Assembly: GCA_973895155.1 (NCBI GenBank)
Contig: OZ316891.1
Coordinates: 25,357,899 to 25,421,898, forward strand
From: Marsupella aquatica
Taxonomy: Eukaryota > Plantae > Marchantiophyta
Direction: 5' to 3'
Length of the DNA: 64,000 bases
Shown here: positions 1 through 12,278 of the stretch, one piece after another
Layout of the letters: each line of letters opens with the position of its first letter
How positions within the stretch are numbered: the first letter of the stretch is position 1
Notes under the pieces: generated by a model
What the model was told of the DNA's origin: nothing
Databases searched by the model: none
Seen by the model: only the letters and a program-made list of their open reading frames with translations
Made by a program: the position numbers and the translations under genes

Positions 1-8
1 TTTGTTTT

Positions 9-26
9 TGGCGCTAGATGGAGGGG
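9..26 (+). promoter_or_regulatory. Primer-binding site, probably tRNA-Asn(GUU)
   Basis: TGGCGCTAGATGGAGGGG, one mismatch to the complement of the plant tRNA-Asn 3' end (..CCCCTCCTTCTAGCGCCA, recalled); element B has a near-identical PBS. Confidence 0.75.
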
Positions 27-119
27 GCACTCTACATATTGTAGAGGGGGACCGTGGGCGTATTCACCTGGGCAAAAGACATCAGGCCCTAGTACTAGTC
101 ATCGCATTTACATGAGTAA

Positions 120-2300
120 ATGCCCGTCACTCGTTCGCAAGCAGCTTACTTGAGAAGATTGACCAGCGAAGGAGAAGGTGCGACCACAACAAGCTCCGAT
201 TCGTCGGGCTCGGAGGACTCGCAGTCGCCCCGACGAATGAACATACCACCGGGACCTTCGGGGTCCGGTGCGACCGGTCCTACTGCGGTTCCTGCACCAC
301 CACCGCCTCCACCTATGGCAGCCGCACCACCGATGGCCCATGTTGCCCAAGCTCCTCCACAAATTTTGCAACGATTGCAATTTCATTATCGACCTTTTAA
401 AGGGTGTCACGGGGATGATCCGGATGAATGGTTGGATGAGTTTGAGGCCACTGCTAAAGCTAACGGGGAAGACGCCATTAAGCTAACCGTCCTCCCCGGA
501 GTGATGCGGGGAGAAGCTCGTCCATGGTACAACTTGCTGCCACCCGGGACTACATGTGCACAATTCCAAGCTGCGTTGCTGCAAGAATTTTGTGCTATTG
601 GATCCGAGCAACGTTCTTTATTAAAGATCGGCCAGCTTCGCATGGGAAAAAAGGAGTCCCTGCAAAAGTTCATCCAGAAATTTCAGAAGCTTGCGGCCAA
701 GATACGGCCCAGGCCGGGTGACGCACTCCAGCTTACATGGTTCCTCCATGGCTTGCCCACGAATATTCAATTCTGGGTGCGCCAGAATAATCCAATTTCA
801 ATGCAAGCGGCCATAGCGTGCGCCGAAACATACCGGGAGTCCACATATAACTCCCGACGGAGCCAGCGGGCACGCCGCAAGAAGGGAAAGTACGAGACCT
901 TTAGTGACAGTGACTCTGAAACGGATGACGAGAAGAAGAAAAAATGCAAAAAGAAGAAGAAACATTGTTTGACCTCGTCCTGTTCGGAGACGGAGTCTAG
1001 TTCAGATTCAACTTTGAACAGCGGGACCTCCGCCTCCAGCTCATCAGGAAGTGATTCGGAAAGTGAGAGCCGGAGCAAGAAGAAGAAAAGGCGGGTTAAG
1101 AAGGAAGGGAAAATCAAACCCCGTACTCCAAGAACGATACCCGATCCAAAGGCTTCCGAAGCAGACAAGCTTAACAAAATCACGGATCGCCTCAAAGCAC
1201 TGTCAGTACATCTCGCGGAAAAGCCGGTGGAGAAGAAGAAGCCATCTGAGATTCGAGCCCATGCATGGTGTTCAAAGTGCTTCCAATTCGGGCATGTCAT
1301 GCAGGAATGCCCAAGATGGAAGAACCGAGTTCACCAGGTGGAATTAGATGATGTCGACAACCCGGGACCTGAAGCGGAGTCCACGGAGTATTTCTTTGAA
1401 GACCCTCCTGATTTGGTGTATCAGATTTCAACGGTGGGTCCGCGTAATTTAGCAGGTAGAACTGCATACCCCTACCCAAACAATGGCCGAGGCGTCCAAG
1501 TTATCAGTAACCCTAGCATTCCACCCAAACCAGGGATTTGGCGATCCCCGGTTTGTTACAACTGTGAGAAGCCAGGCCATTTCGCGAGGGAATGCACAGA
1601 ACCAAGACGCCAGGGGGATGGCCGTGGCACGCCACTTTGTCAAGTCTGCAAAACGGAAGCTCATTCCACGGCCAACTGTCCATTGGTAATGGCCGCTCGA
1701 ACAAATGCAGCAAGACCAGCCCAGGGCGGACCGGCCTCGAGTGATGCGGTCGTCCAAATGATTGCGGTGGAATGGCAAGATGACAATACCAAGTGGGTGA
1801 TTCTGGTGGACGTGGCGGAGCACCCTAATCCATCTGACGAGGCGGAGTGCTATCGTGTGTCAACAAGAGCCGAACGGAAGGAAGAGAAGCAGGAAGAGAA
1901 GCAGGAAGAGAAACGCAGGAAAAAGCAAGATACTACTCCGGTGCAGCCAGTGATAGACATACCCCCGGAGAAGGACAATGACTACCGAAGGGACGACCCG
2001 AAGCTATTTTTCCCCCGCATCGAAGAATTGGTAAAGAAACAGCTAGAGGCCTACGAAGCTCGGGAGTACCAGAAGGCAATCGATAAGGACATCAAAGCAG
2101 CCGAGACCGCCCGGCGACAGGAGCAAGAAAAGCAAGAGGGAGCCAAGCAGCAGCCGAAGGAAGAAAAGAAGGAGGACTATGATATTAAAGAAGACGTGAA
2201 GAGTTGCCCGGTTACAGCAACGGTAGGACAATTGTTGCAAAACAATCCACAGTACCGACGGCAATTGAGGGAGTTGCTTATGGGTCGACGACGGAGATGA
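120..2300 (+). CDS. gag: Gag of Gypsy A (capsid-like domain plus three CCHC knuckles); originally continuous with pol
   Basis: DPDEWLDEFE..LPGVMRGEARPWY capsid motif; CSKCFQFGHVMQEC, CYNCEKPGHFAREC, CQVCKTEAHSTANC; reading continues in frame past TGA 2298. Confidence 0.9.
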   Translation: MPVTRSQAAYLRRLTSEGEGATTTSSDSSGSEDSQSPRRMNIPPGPSGSGATGPTAVPAPPPPPPMAAAPPMAHVAQAPPQILQRLQFHYRPFKGCHGDDPDEWLDEFEATAKANGEDAIKLTVLPGVMRGEARPWYNLLPPGTTCAQFQAALLQEFCAIGSEQRSLLKIGQLRMGKKESLQKFIQKFQKLAAKIRPRPGDALQLTWFLHGLPTNIQFWVRQNNPISMQAAIACAETYRESTYNSRRSQRARRKKGKYETFSDSDSETDDEKKKKCKKKKKHCLTSSCSETESSSDSTLNSGTSASSSSGSDSESESRSKKKKRRVKKEGKIKPRTPRTIPDPKASEADKLNKITDRLKALSVHLAEKPVEKKKPSEIRAHAWCSKCFQFGHVMQECPRWKNRVHQVELDDVDNPGPEAESTEYFFEDPPDLVYQISTVGPRNLAGRTAYPYPNNGRGVQVISNPSIPPKPGIWRSPVCYNCEKPGHFARECTEPRRQGDGRGTPLCQVCKTEAHSTANCPLVMAARTNAARPAQGGPASSDAVVQMIAVEWQDDNTKWVILVDVAEHPNPSDEAECYRVSTRAERKEEKQEEKQEEKRRKKQDTTPVQPVIDIPPEKDNDYRRDDPKLFFPRIEELVKKQLEAYEAREYQKAIDKDIKAAETARRQEQEKQEGAKQQPKEEKKEDYDIKEDVKSCPVTATVGQLLQNNPQYRRQLRELLMGRRRR

Positions 2301-5300
2301 CTACCCCGGGTTGGGACCGCGGATTGCAACATGATATGCGAGGACCTGGGAGCGTCGGACATCTCGATTGAAATTAATAATTGTACCATCAAGATGGTTC
2401 TTGTAGACAGAGGAGCGGGAGTCAACATCATGACTGAAGAAACATCAGTCAAGTTAGGATACCTCACGTATCAACCCACGGCCCGAGCTATCAGATTAGC
2501 AAACGGGGCACGGGTACTCCCATTGGGCACGCTTACACGGGTACTCACTCTGGTAGGAGGGGTGGAGTTCTATCTCAACTTCCTAGTCATGAGGCCGGTT
2601 CGGCCCTCCTAGGCAGGCCATGGCTATACGGTGGCCGTGTGGTCACGGATTGGGGAAAGAAGGAGCTACGGTTTGGGACACCCACAGTACGGGTATCATG
2701 GGCAATGGACGATTACCAGGGCGAAACTCCACAGGGACCCGAGGAATACAATTCGGAGACCTCGGAGGAAGAGGAACTCAATATGATCGAACTCATCTTG
2801 TCCCTGTCCGAGGAAGATGTCTTCGGAGTTAAGGCAACCCGCGAAACACATCTCCTGAATTACCCAAAGGCTGCTATTGAGTCCACCCCGAGCACCTCTA
2901 CTGCCCGGGATGAGGAACCGCAAAAGCAACTCATTGATACGGAGGACACAACTCCAGCTAAGCAGGGAGCCAATGCTGCTTTTACCAGGGCAGAGCCTCG
3001 TGACCATGAACCAGCTAAACAATCGCCCGAAGCCGAGAAACCGAGGCCGAGACCTAAAAAATGGGTCTCCTGGGATCCGTCCATTCCACTATTGGAGGAA
3101 GTAACTCCAATCCCAAAACCAATCCCGGTTCCACCCACGTACGGAGGAGTTCGGTTAGCCGAACTGGATGCGAGCCTGGACCCGAGCTTGCGGAACCAGG
3201 TTGAAGTCATCAGGAAGGAGCACTATCGGAAGTACACCATTGGGATGGATAAGTCGTTTAACCTGGGCCACGCTTTGACTGGGGAGGCAGAAAAATCTAT
3301 CCAAGCTTTGCTCAAGGAATATGAAGACGTGTTTGCATGGAGCCATCATGATCTAACCGGAGTCTCCCCCGAGTTAGGAGAACACACGATCGATTTGAAT
3401 TTGGGGGCCCATGCAGTACGGCAGCGACAACGTCGCATGAACCCGAGGTACTCCATCTTAGTGAAGGAGGAAATTGATCGTCTCCTCGCCGCAGATATCA
3501 TCTACCCGGTAATGGCCAGCGACTGGGTCTCTCCCATCATCATTGTACCAAAAAAGGGAGGAACGGACGGAAAACCTAAGATCCGGATCTGCCAGGACTA
3601 TCGTAAGCTGAACGACGCAACCCGAAAAGACCATTACCCATTACCATTCACGGACATGGTACTAGATATGGTAGCCCGAAATGAGATTTACACATTCCTT
3701 GATGGATATTCAGGTTATAACCAAATCTGGATTCGCCTCTCGGATCAGCTCAAAACAACGTTCACTACGGAATGGGGGACTTTCGCATTTCAGAGAATGC
3801 CGTTTGGACTGTGTAACACTCCGGCCATGTTTCAGCGACTCATGATGAATATCTTCCATGATTTCCTACGGGAATTTCTGGAAATATTTATCGACGACTT
3901 TGCCATTTTTGGAACCGTCGCCATGCACCCCGAACACCTAAGATGTACATTGCAACGGTGCCGAGAGGTTAACCTCAAGCTTCATCCCGCCAAATGTTTT
4001 TTCGGGGTAGAGGAGGGAGTGTTACTTGGGCATCGTGTGTCCAAACGGGGTATCAAGGTCGACCAAGAGAAGGTCGCGGCCTGGATGGTGGTGGTGTTCC
4101 CCGTGGATCAAAAAGCAGTACGATCCTTCTTGGGCTGTGTAGGGTATTACCGCCGGTTCATTAAAGACTTTGCTAAAATTGCATTGCCCTTAACTGAGAT
4201 GATGAAGAAGGACGCAGTGATTGAGGAGACACCCCAAAGACGGATTGCTTTTGAGAAACTCCGTAAACGACTCACCACCGCGCCTATCATGGTCACCCCA
4301 GACTGGAATAAGGAGTTCCACGTGTATGTCGATGTGTCAGGGTTCTGTATCGGGTCCGTACTTAGTCAGCTAGATGAGGATGGACGTGATCACCCCATCT
4401 ATTTCGCTAGCCGTCAACTATTTGCAGCCAAAAAGAATTATTCCCCCACTGATCGAGAAGCTTTGGGAATAATCTACTTGTGTAAAAAGTTCCGACACTA
4501 TCTGCTAGGCTACAAGGTCATATTCCACACGGATCATGATAGCCTGAAGTACATGGTCAACAAGGCGGACGTGACAGGACGGATAGCCCGGTGGGTGCTA
4601 CTTCTCCAGGAATTTAATTATGAAGTTCGGGTTCGGCCAGGAAAGGTACACCTCAATGCCAATTTCTTTTCAAGGCTGGACGGCGTGCCAGTCGATCAGC
4701 CAATTAATGATATTTTTCCGGATGAGGATTTGTTCCACGTAGGGGCGGGGACAACAACGTGGTACGGTTCAATAATAACCTTCCTCTTAACAGGCCGCAT
4801 CCCTGATGGCATCAATCAGGAAGCCGCCGCTGTGTTTTTAAGGAAAGCCGGGCCTTATGTCATGATATAGGGCCACCTACATAAAGAAGGAGTTAATGGG
4901 AAAGTACGATGCTGCTTAGAGTATAAGGAAACGCTTATCGTGATGCGGGCCCTGCATGAAGAGGAAGCTGGAGGCCATTTTGCGGCTATCACGACGTCCC
5001 AAAAGATTTTGGACTCCGGGTATTGGTGGCCTACGTTGCATCGGGATGTACAACGCTTCATCAAGGGCTGTGACCTGTGTTAGCGGACTGGGGCCCCGAG
5101 ACAAGCTCATCATCACCCTCTCACGTCTGTACTTCCATTAGCACCGTTCGAAAAGTGGGGTATTGATTATATCGGGCCATTTACTCCCGTTACCCGAAGA
5201 CAAAGATGCAGGTACATCCTGCTAGCTATTGATTACTCCACCAAGTGGGTCGAAGCACGGGCTACGGTGAAGGACGACGCTGCAACCAGTGCCAGGTTCT

Positions 5301-6100
5301 TATATGAACAGATTTTCACTCGGTTTGGACCACCCTTAGAGTTGGTAAGCGACCGTGGAACACACTTCCTCAATGACACTGTAGCCCAACTTACGGAGCG
5401 TTACCTAGTCAAGCACCGCAAGACTACCCCGTATCATCCTAAAGCCAATGGGATGGCAGAGAGAGCAAATGGTATCATTGGGAAGATCCTCAACAAAATT
5501 GTAGCTGCGCACAAAACGGATTGGGATGATAAGTTGTACACAGCGGTGTACTCGTATAATCTAGCTTACAAAACTACTACGAGTCACAGCCCGTACTTTC
5601 TCGTGTTCGGCCAACATTCGTTGGTGCCCGTCGAGTTTGAAGTACACACTCCACGGGTCAGCATTCGAGATCGCTTACCTGAATCTGAAAGTTCGTCAGA
5701 CCGAGCTTATCAGATTGAAGCCTTGGAGGAGGCACGGCTACTAGCAGCTCGACACACCGTAATGAAGCAGGCAACTTCCAAGAAACAGCACGACAAAGGA
5801 CTACGGAAGGTCGACGTCGTGACAGGCAATCTAGTCCTTCTGTATGACAGTAGGTACATGCAGTTTCCAGGGAAGCTTCATACCCGTTGGTTAGGGCCTT
5901 TCCTAGTCAATCAGATCTACCCTAACGGATCGCTGGAGCTTGCGACGTACGCCGGCGATTTACTCCCCACGCAAGTTAGTTATGATTGTGTAAAGAAGTA
6001 CCACCATCAAGACGACGACGCCAAGAGTGATGTTCGCGAGGACGCTTCACAATTAAGCAGGGAGCTATGTGACGCCGCCGGTACGGCAAGTAATGAGTAA
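2301..6100 (+). pseudogene. pol: pol of Gypsy A: protease, RT, RNase H, integrase (frameshift ~2610, stops at 4868 and ~5081)
   Basis: VLVDRGAGVNIM protease; RKDHYPLPF, LDGYSGYNQI, FIDDF RT; FHVYVDVS..ASRQL RNase H; H..GGHF..C..C zinc finger, SDRGTHF, YHPKANGMAER, RWLGPF integrase; no chromodomain. Confidence 0.95.
6051..6067 (+). promoter_or_regulatory. Polypurine tract of Gypsy A
   Basis: AATTAAGCAGGGAGCTA immediately before LTR-initial TG; homologous to element B PPT. Confidence 0.8.
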
Positions 6101-6424
6101 TTCGGTCTAAACCGTGCCTAGCACGCGCGTTAGGGGTATCTTAGGCCGCTATGATTAGCATAACGATAGTATTTAGGTAGCCATTATGAGTAGGAAATCA
6201 TTAGTCAATAAGGGGAATTCATGTTCGGGCTGGCGGCGCGTCCCCTTCGCACGCCCGGGTTACGAGCGTGGAGGGGCCCTCCTTCGGGTCCGTATAACAA
6301 ACTTCGGGAGGCATCCGCTGACACGCGGTGACTCAGACCGGCGGAGTGGCCGGTACACTACAAGCGTGAATGGTTCAGCCTATGGGCAGCGAGGAGATGA
6401 CGGGGGATTGGCAAGCCCTCAAGG

Positions 6425-6431
6425 TATAAAG
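6425..6431 (+). promoter_or_regulatory. Putative TATA box in LTR A
   Basis: TATAAAG followed by a CT-rich leader (~6490-6530) and ATG at 6533. Confidence 0.45.
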
Positions 6432-6532
6432 AGGGAGCTGACCCTTTGGAGTGCACCAGTCCATCAGTCCACGCGCCAACTTTGATCCCAGCTCTCTCGT
6501 TCTCTCTAAGTCGCCACTACTATCTCCTCTGA

Positions 6533-9163
6533 ATGTCGCGCACGATCCTCTCCAGTTTGGCCATTCGATTCTGGATGCAGTTCCTATCTACCGGAAGGCA
6601 CTTGGCCGACTCATTGAAACACGCCAACCCGCACCGATACAAAATAGAACGCGAGTATGAGAGAGCCATCCGCCTAGCAAGATGACACCACTACATCCTT
6701 AACTTTGACTACCCGTCCCAGAGCGAGCTTTACCGACCAGTTGAGGTATCTGGGTACTTCTTCAACGGAGACAAATATATCGGGTTTTGGGAAGCACTGC
6801 TTCGGCTTCCAGACGAGGTCTTCAATATCCCAGGGACGATCGACTTGCAACGACATCACTTTGACCACATCCCTGCTCAGGTTCGGGCTATCATCAACAA
6901 CGAGTCCAGTACTAACCGTTCGACAAGGTCGTCCGCACTTGTTTTGGAGAACTTCTACCAGCACCTGTAGAGCTTCATGGGAACTAGACCCGCAACCACC
7001 GGCGCCAGCCCGATGGACCCCATACCCATACCCATACCAATGCAGACTCAGGTTCAGGCTCAGGCTCAGGCTCAGCCTAGCCAACCCCCACCGCCGATCA
7101 TCCCGCCAGCTATACAAGTACGCTCCGTTATCAACGCTGTGGACCTTAGCGACGATGACAAACCTACCCCACCCTTGCTCAGGCGGCCAAGAGGAGCAAG
7201 CACTCGGGGGGCCGACACTACATCGTCCCCTCCTCGGACCCACGGAGCGGCTCCAACAGACAACACGGTGACCGTGGCTGCCCCGGGCCCATTACTAATG
7301 GCGGTAGCACTACCTGTGCCCGCTAGAGAGGATGGGGAGGTGTCACCATCCCCGAGCCAGCCACGGGGGAAGAAGAGGAAGGAACCCACCACTGCATCCG
7401 GGTTACCATTGGCCACGGTAGCCGTGGCCAAGGTGACAATGCACCGCATGGAGGAAAACGTGCATAACAACATCCTCCATCCCAAGCATGCGGTGTACCT
7501 GAAGACTCAGGGATTTGAGCACCTCACCTCTCTCCCCTGGAACACTTGCAGGTACTACGGGGAGGACATGACAGAATTTGTCAAGAATTATGACGATGTA
7601 CGTCAATGGACTCGGCTGCGGGGAAGGAATATGTCCCTCACGGAAGAACGGCTCAAGATGATCTTCGGACTACCCGAAGGTGACCATCGAGTTGAATCAC
7701 GGGCTCCCGGGGGCAAGGGAGCCAAGTACCAATCCTCAAGTTTTCCTTCGGAGGGAGTAGTGGACAACGGGTTTGTGATGAGGACCTGCCTCATGCCCGA
7801 GATAGCTGAGCGGCTGGAGTTCCAAAGGTACGCTCTCCACATGATGGAACCCGGGGGGAAGATCTCTGCCGCCCAGGTTATCCAGGTCGAGAACTATCGA
7901 CCCAGGAGGTGGGCGTCGTACTTTGTTAAGAAATTCCATGAAGAGATGGAGCGGCAAAAGAAGACGCTATATATTGGCGGGAAGGCATATTTCGCTAGCC
8001 ACATCGAGATCATTCTTGAGTGGTACGCTCGGTTTGATCGACGAACCCTTCCCCGTGTCAACGTTGCAAGGCTGGTCCCCGCTAGGTGGGTGTTCCCGGC
8101 CTTGGAGAGACGGCCCCAACCCGAGGCACGAAGTCCAACGGACACGCAGGCTTCACCTACCCCACCCCCGCAAGTAGCTGTAGTCATGACCGAGGAGGTA
8201 CCGGATGGGTCGGTTATCACAACCGTAGATGCGATCCAACAAGCCGGGCTAAGTACAAAAGTTGGTACAACGGAGGTCTTACTCGAGCCCGGACCTTCCA
8301 ATGACCCGGCGGTGGCTATTCCGGAGAACCGGACACCGCAGCAGCAGGACACTCCAGCCCCTTCCAACGCGTCACCTGGGCTGGATGTCACTGCCCCGGC
8401 CCCCGCGCGTGTTGACGTCTGCCCGTGCCCAACTCCGGACAGGCACAACCTGGACCACCCAGAACTCTTCGTACCGGGCACATTTCTGAATGGGCTCCTA
8501 GGAGATTTCTCTCATCAAATTGCCCGGGATACCGGGGAGTTCATGGCCCAAAAGGTAGCCTGTTTCTTCAATCAGGAGTTGGTTGCCGTAGTAAAAGCCG
8601 GTCAGGCCCAGTCGGAGGCCCTTCAGAGGATAGAGCGATACCGGGAGGAGTCTGTATACTTAAAGAACAAGGTTGCGGCTCAGGAGGCGGAGCTTCTGCA
8701 ACTACGACCCAAGGTCGCAGCCGCCGACGAGTCATTAGCAAAGGCGCACGCCCTTACCGCCCTAGCCGAGCAGGCCAAAGCAGGGAACGAGGCCGAGATT
8801 TCACGGCTCCGGTCCCAGATTGACAGTTTGAAGAAACAAACTGTCATCTGGCAGAAAGACTTGGAGGAGGCCGAAGAACGAGCCTAGCGGGACACTACGG
8901 AAATAGCCATGCTACAAGCCGAAGTAACGCGGCTTCAGACCGAAGCCGATAAGCAGGACCAGTTGGTAGGCAAGCTGACAAGCGACGCCCAGCAGCTGGA
9001 GGAGGCATGCCAGGAGGCAGCGGAGGAGACGGACGCGGCAAAGCGAGAGAACAAATCTCTGCTAGACCAAGTCTAGCTCCTCAAGTCGGACAACGATAGG
9101 CTTCGCAGACAGCGGGAAGACCGCTCCCACTCGGGCGGCTCTGGCAAGCGTGCCAGACATTAG
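6533..9163 (+). pseudogene. LTR-internal ORF of Gypsy A (~876 aa; PMD/Transposase_32-like segment plus C-terminal coiled coil)
   Basis: ORF 6977-8887 extends in frame upstream to ATG 6533 (MSRTILSS..) and downstream to TAG 9163 across four isolated stops; motif SLPW..EFVKNYD..LTEERLKMIFGLPEG; heptad-rich C-terminus. Confidence 0.7.
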
Positions 9164-10066
9164 CGGTAGAGTAGGAATAGAATAGGGTTAGGAGTAGCTA
9201 AAGTCAGGCTATTGGGACAGGCACCTACCTTAGTTACAGCAGCACTGCCGTGCTGTCCAGCCTGCGTAGATTAGGATCTTCTAATAAGACATGACCGTTT
9301 TTCGGCCTGACGGTCAGATTAGTTAGGACCTAAGTCAGCGGATCTTTGGGCGGGAGGACACTCCGTTCCTCGGCCCTTAGTATTTAGTGCACCCCTCGGT
9401 AGAGGCAAGGGGGGGGGTTTTAGTCTCAGAGTTGGACATCCGTGGTATGTGCGAGGAGTCCCGACCTCTGGGAATGAAAGAGTACCAAGGGGAGGGGGTA
9501 GGACTAAGTTTGTCGGGTGAGTGCGGAGCCGGGCTCCGTTGTAGTATACTCTCTCGGCCTTGAACCTATTCATTCCGGAGCTATCAGGTCAACCAAGTGT
9601 ACGCACATGTCCCCTATGTAGTAAAATCCTTTCCCATTATTTCCTTCGTGTAAATCAAGATTGTATGCTTGTGCGCGTGTATGTGTGTGTGTGAATCTCG
9701 TGTATAGGTGACAACGCCGGGCCGAACGCACTACCCGAGTCGTGGACGGGGTGCAGCCTGCGGGTATGTGGTTGCAAGCACGGGTTGAGGACCTGTATCA
9801 TAGAATCCGGATCAAAGGCGGACAACACGAAGGCTTAGAAGTCCTTAAGCCGGGGTCGATCCTGTTATCGACTAAGGTATGTTCCGGTGGCGGAACACAA
9901 ACCATACCTAGGAGATGTCCGTATCTAATAGTAGGCGCACTTAGCGCTAGTTTTTGTGAATTAGGTGCATGACGCGCTTCCCTCCCTGCCCGAACCCTCA
10001 TTTTTATGAAGGAGATGCCCGTTTAAAGCTGAAGCCTGAGTTACGGCCAAGGCAGATGACGTGACA

Positions 10067-12062
10067 ATCCGGTTAAATGTATATCGGGTTGTGCGGGAGT
10101 GATGGGTCCGAAGACCTGTCTGGATATGAGTGAGTCTAATTCTGAGTTGATGGCCGTCTCCCAAGCTGGCTTGTCTGAGTGTGTCTGTGCTTCCTGTACA
10201 GTTTTTGGTTCAGGGATCTCGTCGTCTATTTGATGTGAGATATGAAAAGCAAAGTGCTCGTCTACTTGTGTGTTTTCTCGATTCCAGATGTGTCCGGTAC
10301 TATTATAGTTGATTGCTATCTCCTCATGCTCCTCAGTGGGTTCGATGGTGAGCAGTGCTGTTGGGGGTGCCGGTGTAGGGGGTACAGACCTGCGTTGGCG
10401 TGGTTGCTTGTCACCTGATCCGAGAGGTCGTCCACGCTTTGCCCTGGGTGCTGCCTCTGTGGCTGGAGGTTCTAAGCCTTGTATTCTCGATGGTGCATTA
10501 GCAGCTGGTACGTGTGATCTTGTGACTGTAGCTGCATCTGCGAAGGAATCAGGTAGTCTTTCCATCATTTGCGTGAGGTGTATTATCCGCTGTACTTCTG
10601 TGTCTGTTTGGTTGGTTCTCGGGTCATTCCAGAATGGGGATTGTAATTGCCAAGTGAGCTCCATCTGTGGTGTCATGTATGTTGTGTTGGCTGTGTTTAG
10701 TTTTGGATATATTTCTTCGTAGAAGTGGCAGTCTATGAAGCGGGCCTTGAAGACGTCTGTTGTGGTCGGTTCCAGGTATCGGATTATGGAAGTAGAATCA
10801 AAACCAACGTATATACCCTCCTGTCGTTGTGGGCCCAGTTTAGTTTGTTTGGGGCCCATAATTGGTACTAAGACCTGGCAACCAAAGGTTCGCAGGTGGG
10901 AGATGGACGGGATATTGCCGAAGGCAAGGTGGTGGGGTGTATTAGTGTTAAAGGCGGATGGTCTGTAACTTAGGAGAGCTGCAGCGTGCAATATGGCGTG
11001 TCCCCAGGCAGATGTGGGGAGGGATGTGTGCATGAGGAGTGGTCTGGCTATGGTCTGGAGTCTTTTTATGAGGGATTCTGCGATCCCGTTCTGGAAGTGG
11101 ACATGTGCCATCAGGTATTGTATGTCTATTCCCGCTGTTGCGCAGAAGTCTTTGAAGTGCTTGGATGTAAATTTGCCGGCGTTGTCGACTCGTAATGTTC
11201 TGATTGGATAGTCTGGGAACTGTGCCTTTAGTCGGAGTATGTGTCCAAGTATTCGAGGGAATACCATATTTCTAGTTGATAGTAGGGATACTCTGGACCA
11301 CTTTGATGACGCGCAAATGATAGCGAGGAAGAATCGGAATGGGCCACTCTGCGGGGTTATGGGTCCACATACATCCACATGGAGTCTCTCGAGAAAATTG
11401 GGAATTTCTCTTTCAGTGGTGTTAGGTGCTGGTCTTATTGTCAGCTTGCCCTTGGAGCAGGCTATGCAGCCAAATTTTATTGATGTTGGGTGGACTGTTG
11501 GTGGGATGCCCCGGGTGCTTCGAATTATTCTTTGGGACATTGTAGTGCCCGGATGTCCCAATCTTTTGTGCCAGATTTTGGTGATGGGTTGTAGGGGGGC
11601 ATTGGTGTATAAGCTGTAGGTCCGAGTGACATAAAAGCCATGTGGGAAGGCTTTTAAGGTTTCTTTGGTCTGGTTTCCTGCCGGGGTTTCGGAGATTATG
11701 TGGAGGACTTCCTCATTGTTGAGGGTGCCAATAGAAATGTGAAGGTTATTGGCCCTGATATCACGGAAGCTAAGCAGGTTTCTGGTTGCTTTTGGTGCGT
11801 AAATTGCGGATTGTATTCTGATGGTTGTACCCCCAGGTAGTATCACTGTTGCTGGGCCGTGTCCTTCCTTTATTTGCTGTTGTCCCATTATTGTGGTGAT
11901 TCTGCGGTTGGATGGGTGGATTTCACTAAAGTATTCTCTGTCCCGCAGGATGGAGTGTGATGTTGCGCTATCGACAATACAGTGGTGGGGGTCGTCAGGG
12001 GAGGATGATTTGGCATTGTGGATTATCATGTGGATTTCAGGTAGGATCTCACTAGAGTCCAT
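10067..12062 (-). pseudogene. pol: Copia pol: protease, integrase and RT start, truncated by insertion
   Basis: CIVDSATSHSIL protease; WHKRLGHPG..CIACSKGK; LHVDVCGPI, LRVDNAGKF, QNGIAES integrase; EPKTVQEAQ..WETAINSELDSL..VFGPI RT start. Confidence 0.93.
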
Positions 12063-12278
12063 GAATGTGCTGTAGGTGGTTGTGTCATTGGGAGATACGC
12101 TCTATTGGTAGAGTGCTACTAGGTGTGTTGGGGCCCTGCATACTTTCTTGATGTGGCCCTTGGTTCCACAACGGTGGCATGTTGGGGGTTTTCGGGTGTC
12201 TCTGGTTCTCATATTACTTGTGTCTCTGTCCCAAGGTTTTCTGGTGTTGTTGTTTCTGTATCCAAATCTTCCTCGACC

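Larger units (their letters stand above)
1..10066 (+). mobile_element. Ty3/Gypsy LTR retrotransposon A (Athila-like non-chromovirus); 5' LTR lies left of the window
   Basis: PBS at 9, gag-PR-RT-RH-INT order, PPT at 6051-6067, LTR TGTGACG...CGTGACA; right end interrupts the Copia pol frame; predicted TSD ATCCG (10067-10071), left copy outside the window. Confidence 0.92.
6068..10066 (+). repeat. 3' LTR of Gypsy A (~4.0 kb)
   Basis: Starts TGTGACGCC after the PPT, ends GACGTGACA where Copia pol resumes; imperfect terminal inverted repeat; same junction as the proven LTR of element B. Confidence 0.8.

Noticed and set aside
5950-6100. Chromodomain at the integrase C-terminus
   Set aside because: Integrase ends shortly after the GPF motif; no chromodomain residues
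767-8481. Many 60-200 aa antisense or overlapping ORFs (e.g. 767-1300, 6674-7243, 7894-8481; also 21880-22428, 52119-52646)
   Set aside because: Shadows of coding or low-complexity sense ORFs; no motifs
9668-9705. (GT)n-like microsatellite
   Set aside because: Short and imperfect; ordinary LTR low-complexity sequence
10041-10066. ORF tails LSRHLPWP (10041), VVRPMAP (20792, 60435) and STSRIRGNLDHTL (51041)
   Set aside because: Read-through into inserted element termini; junction artefacts
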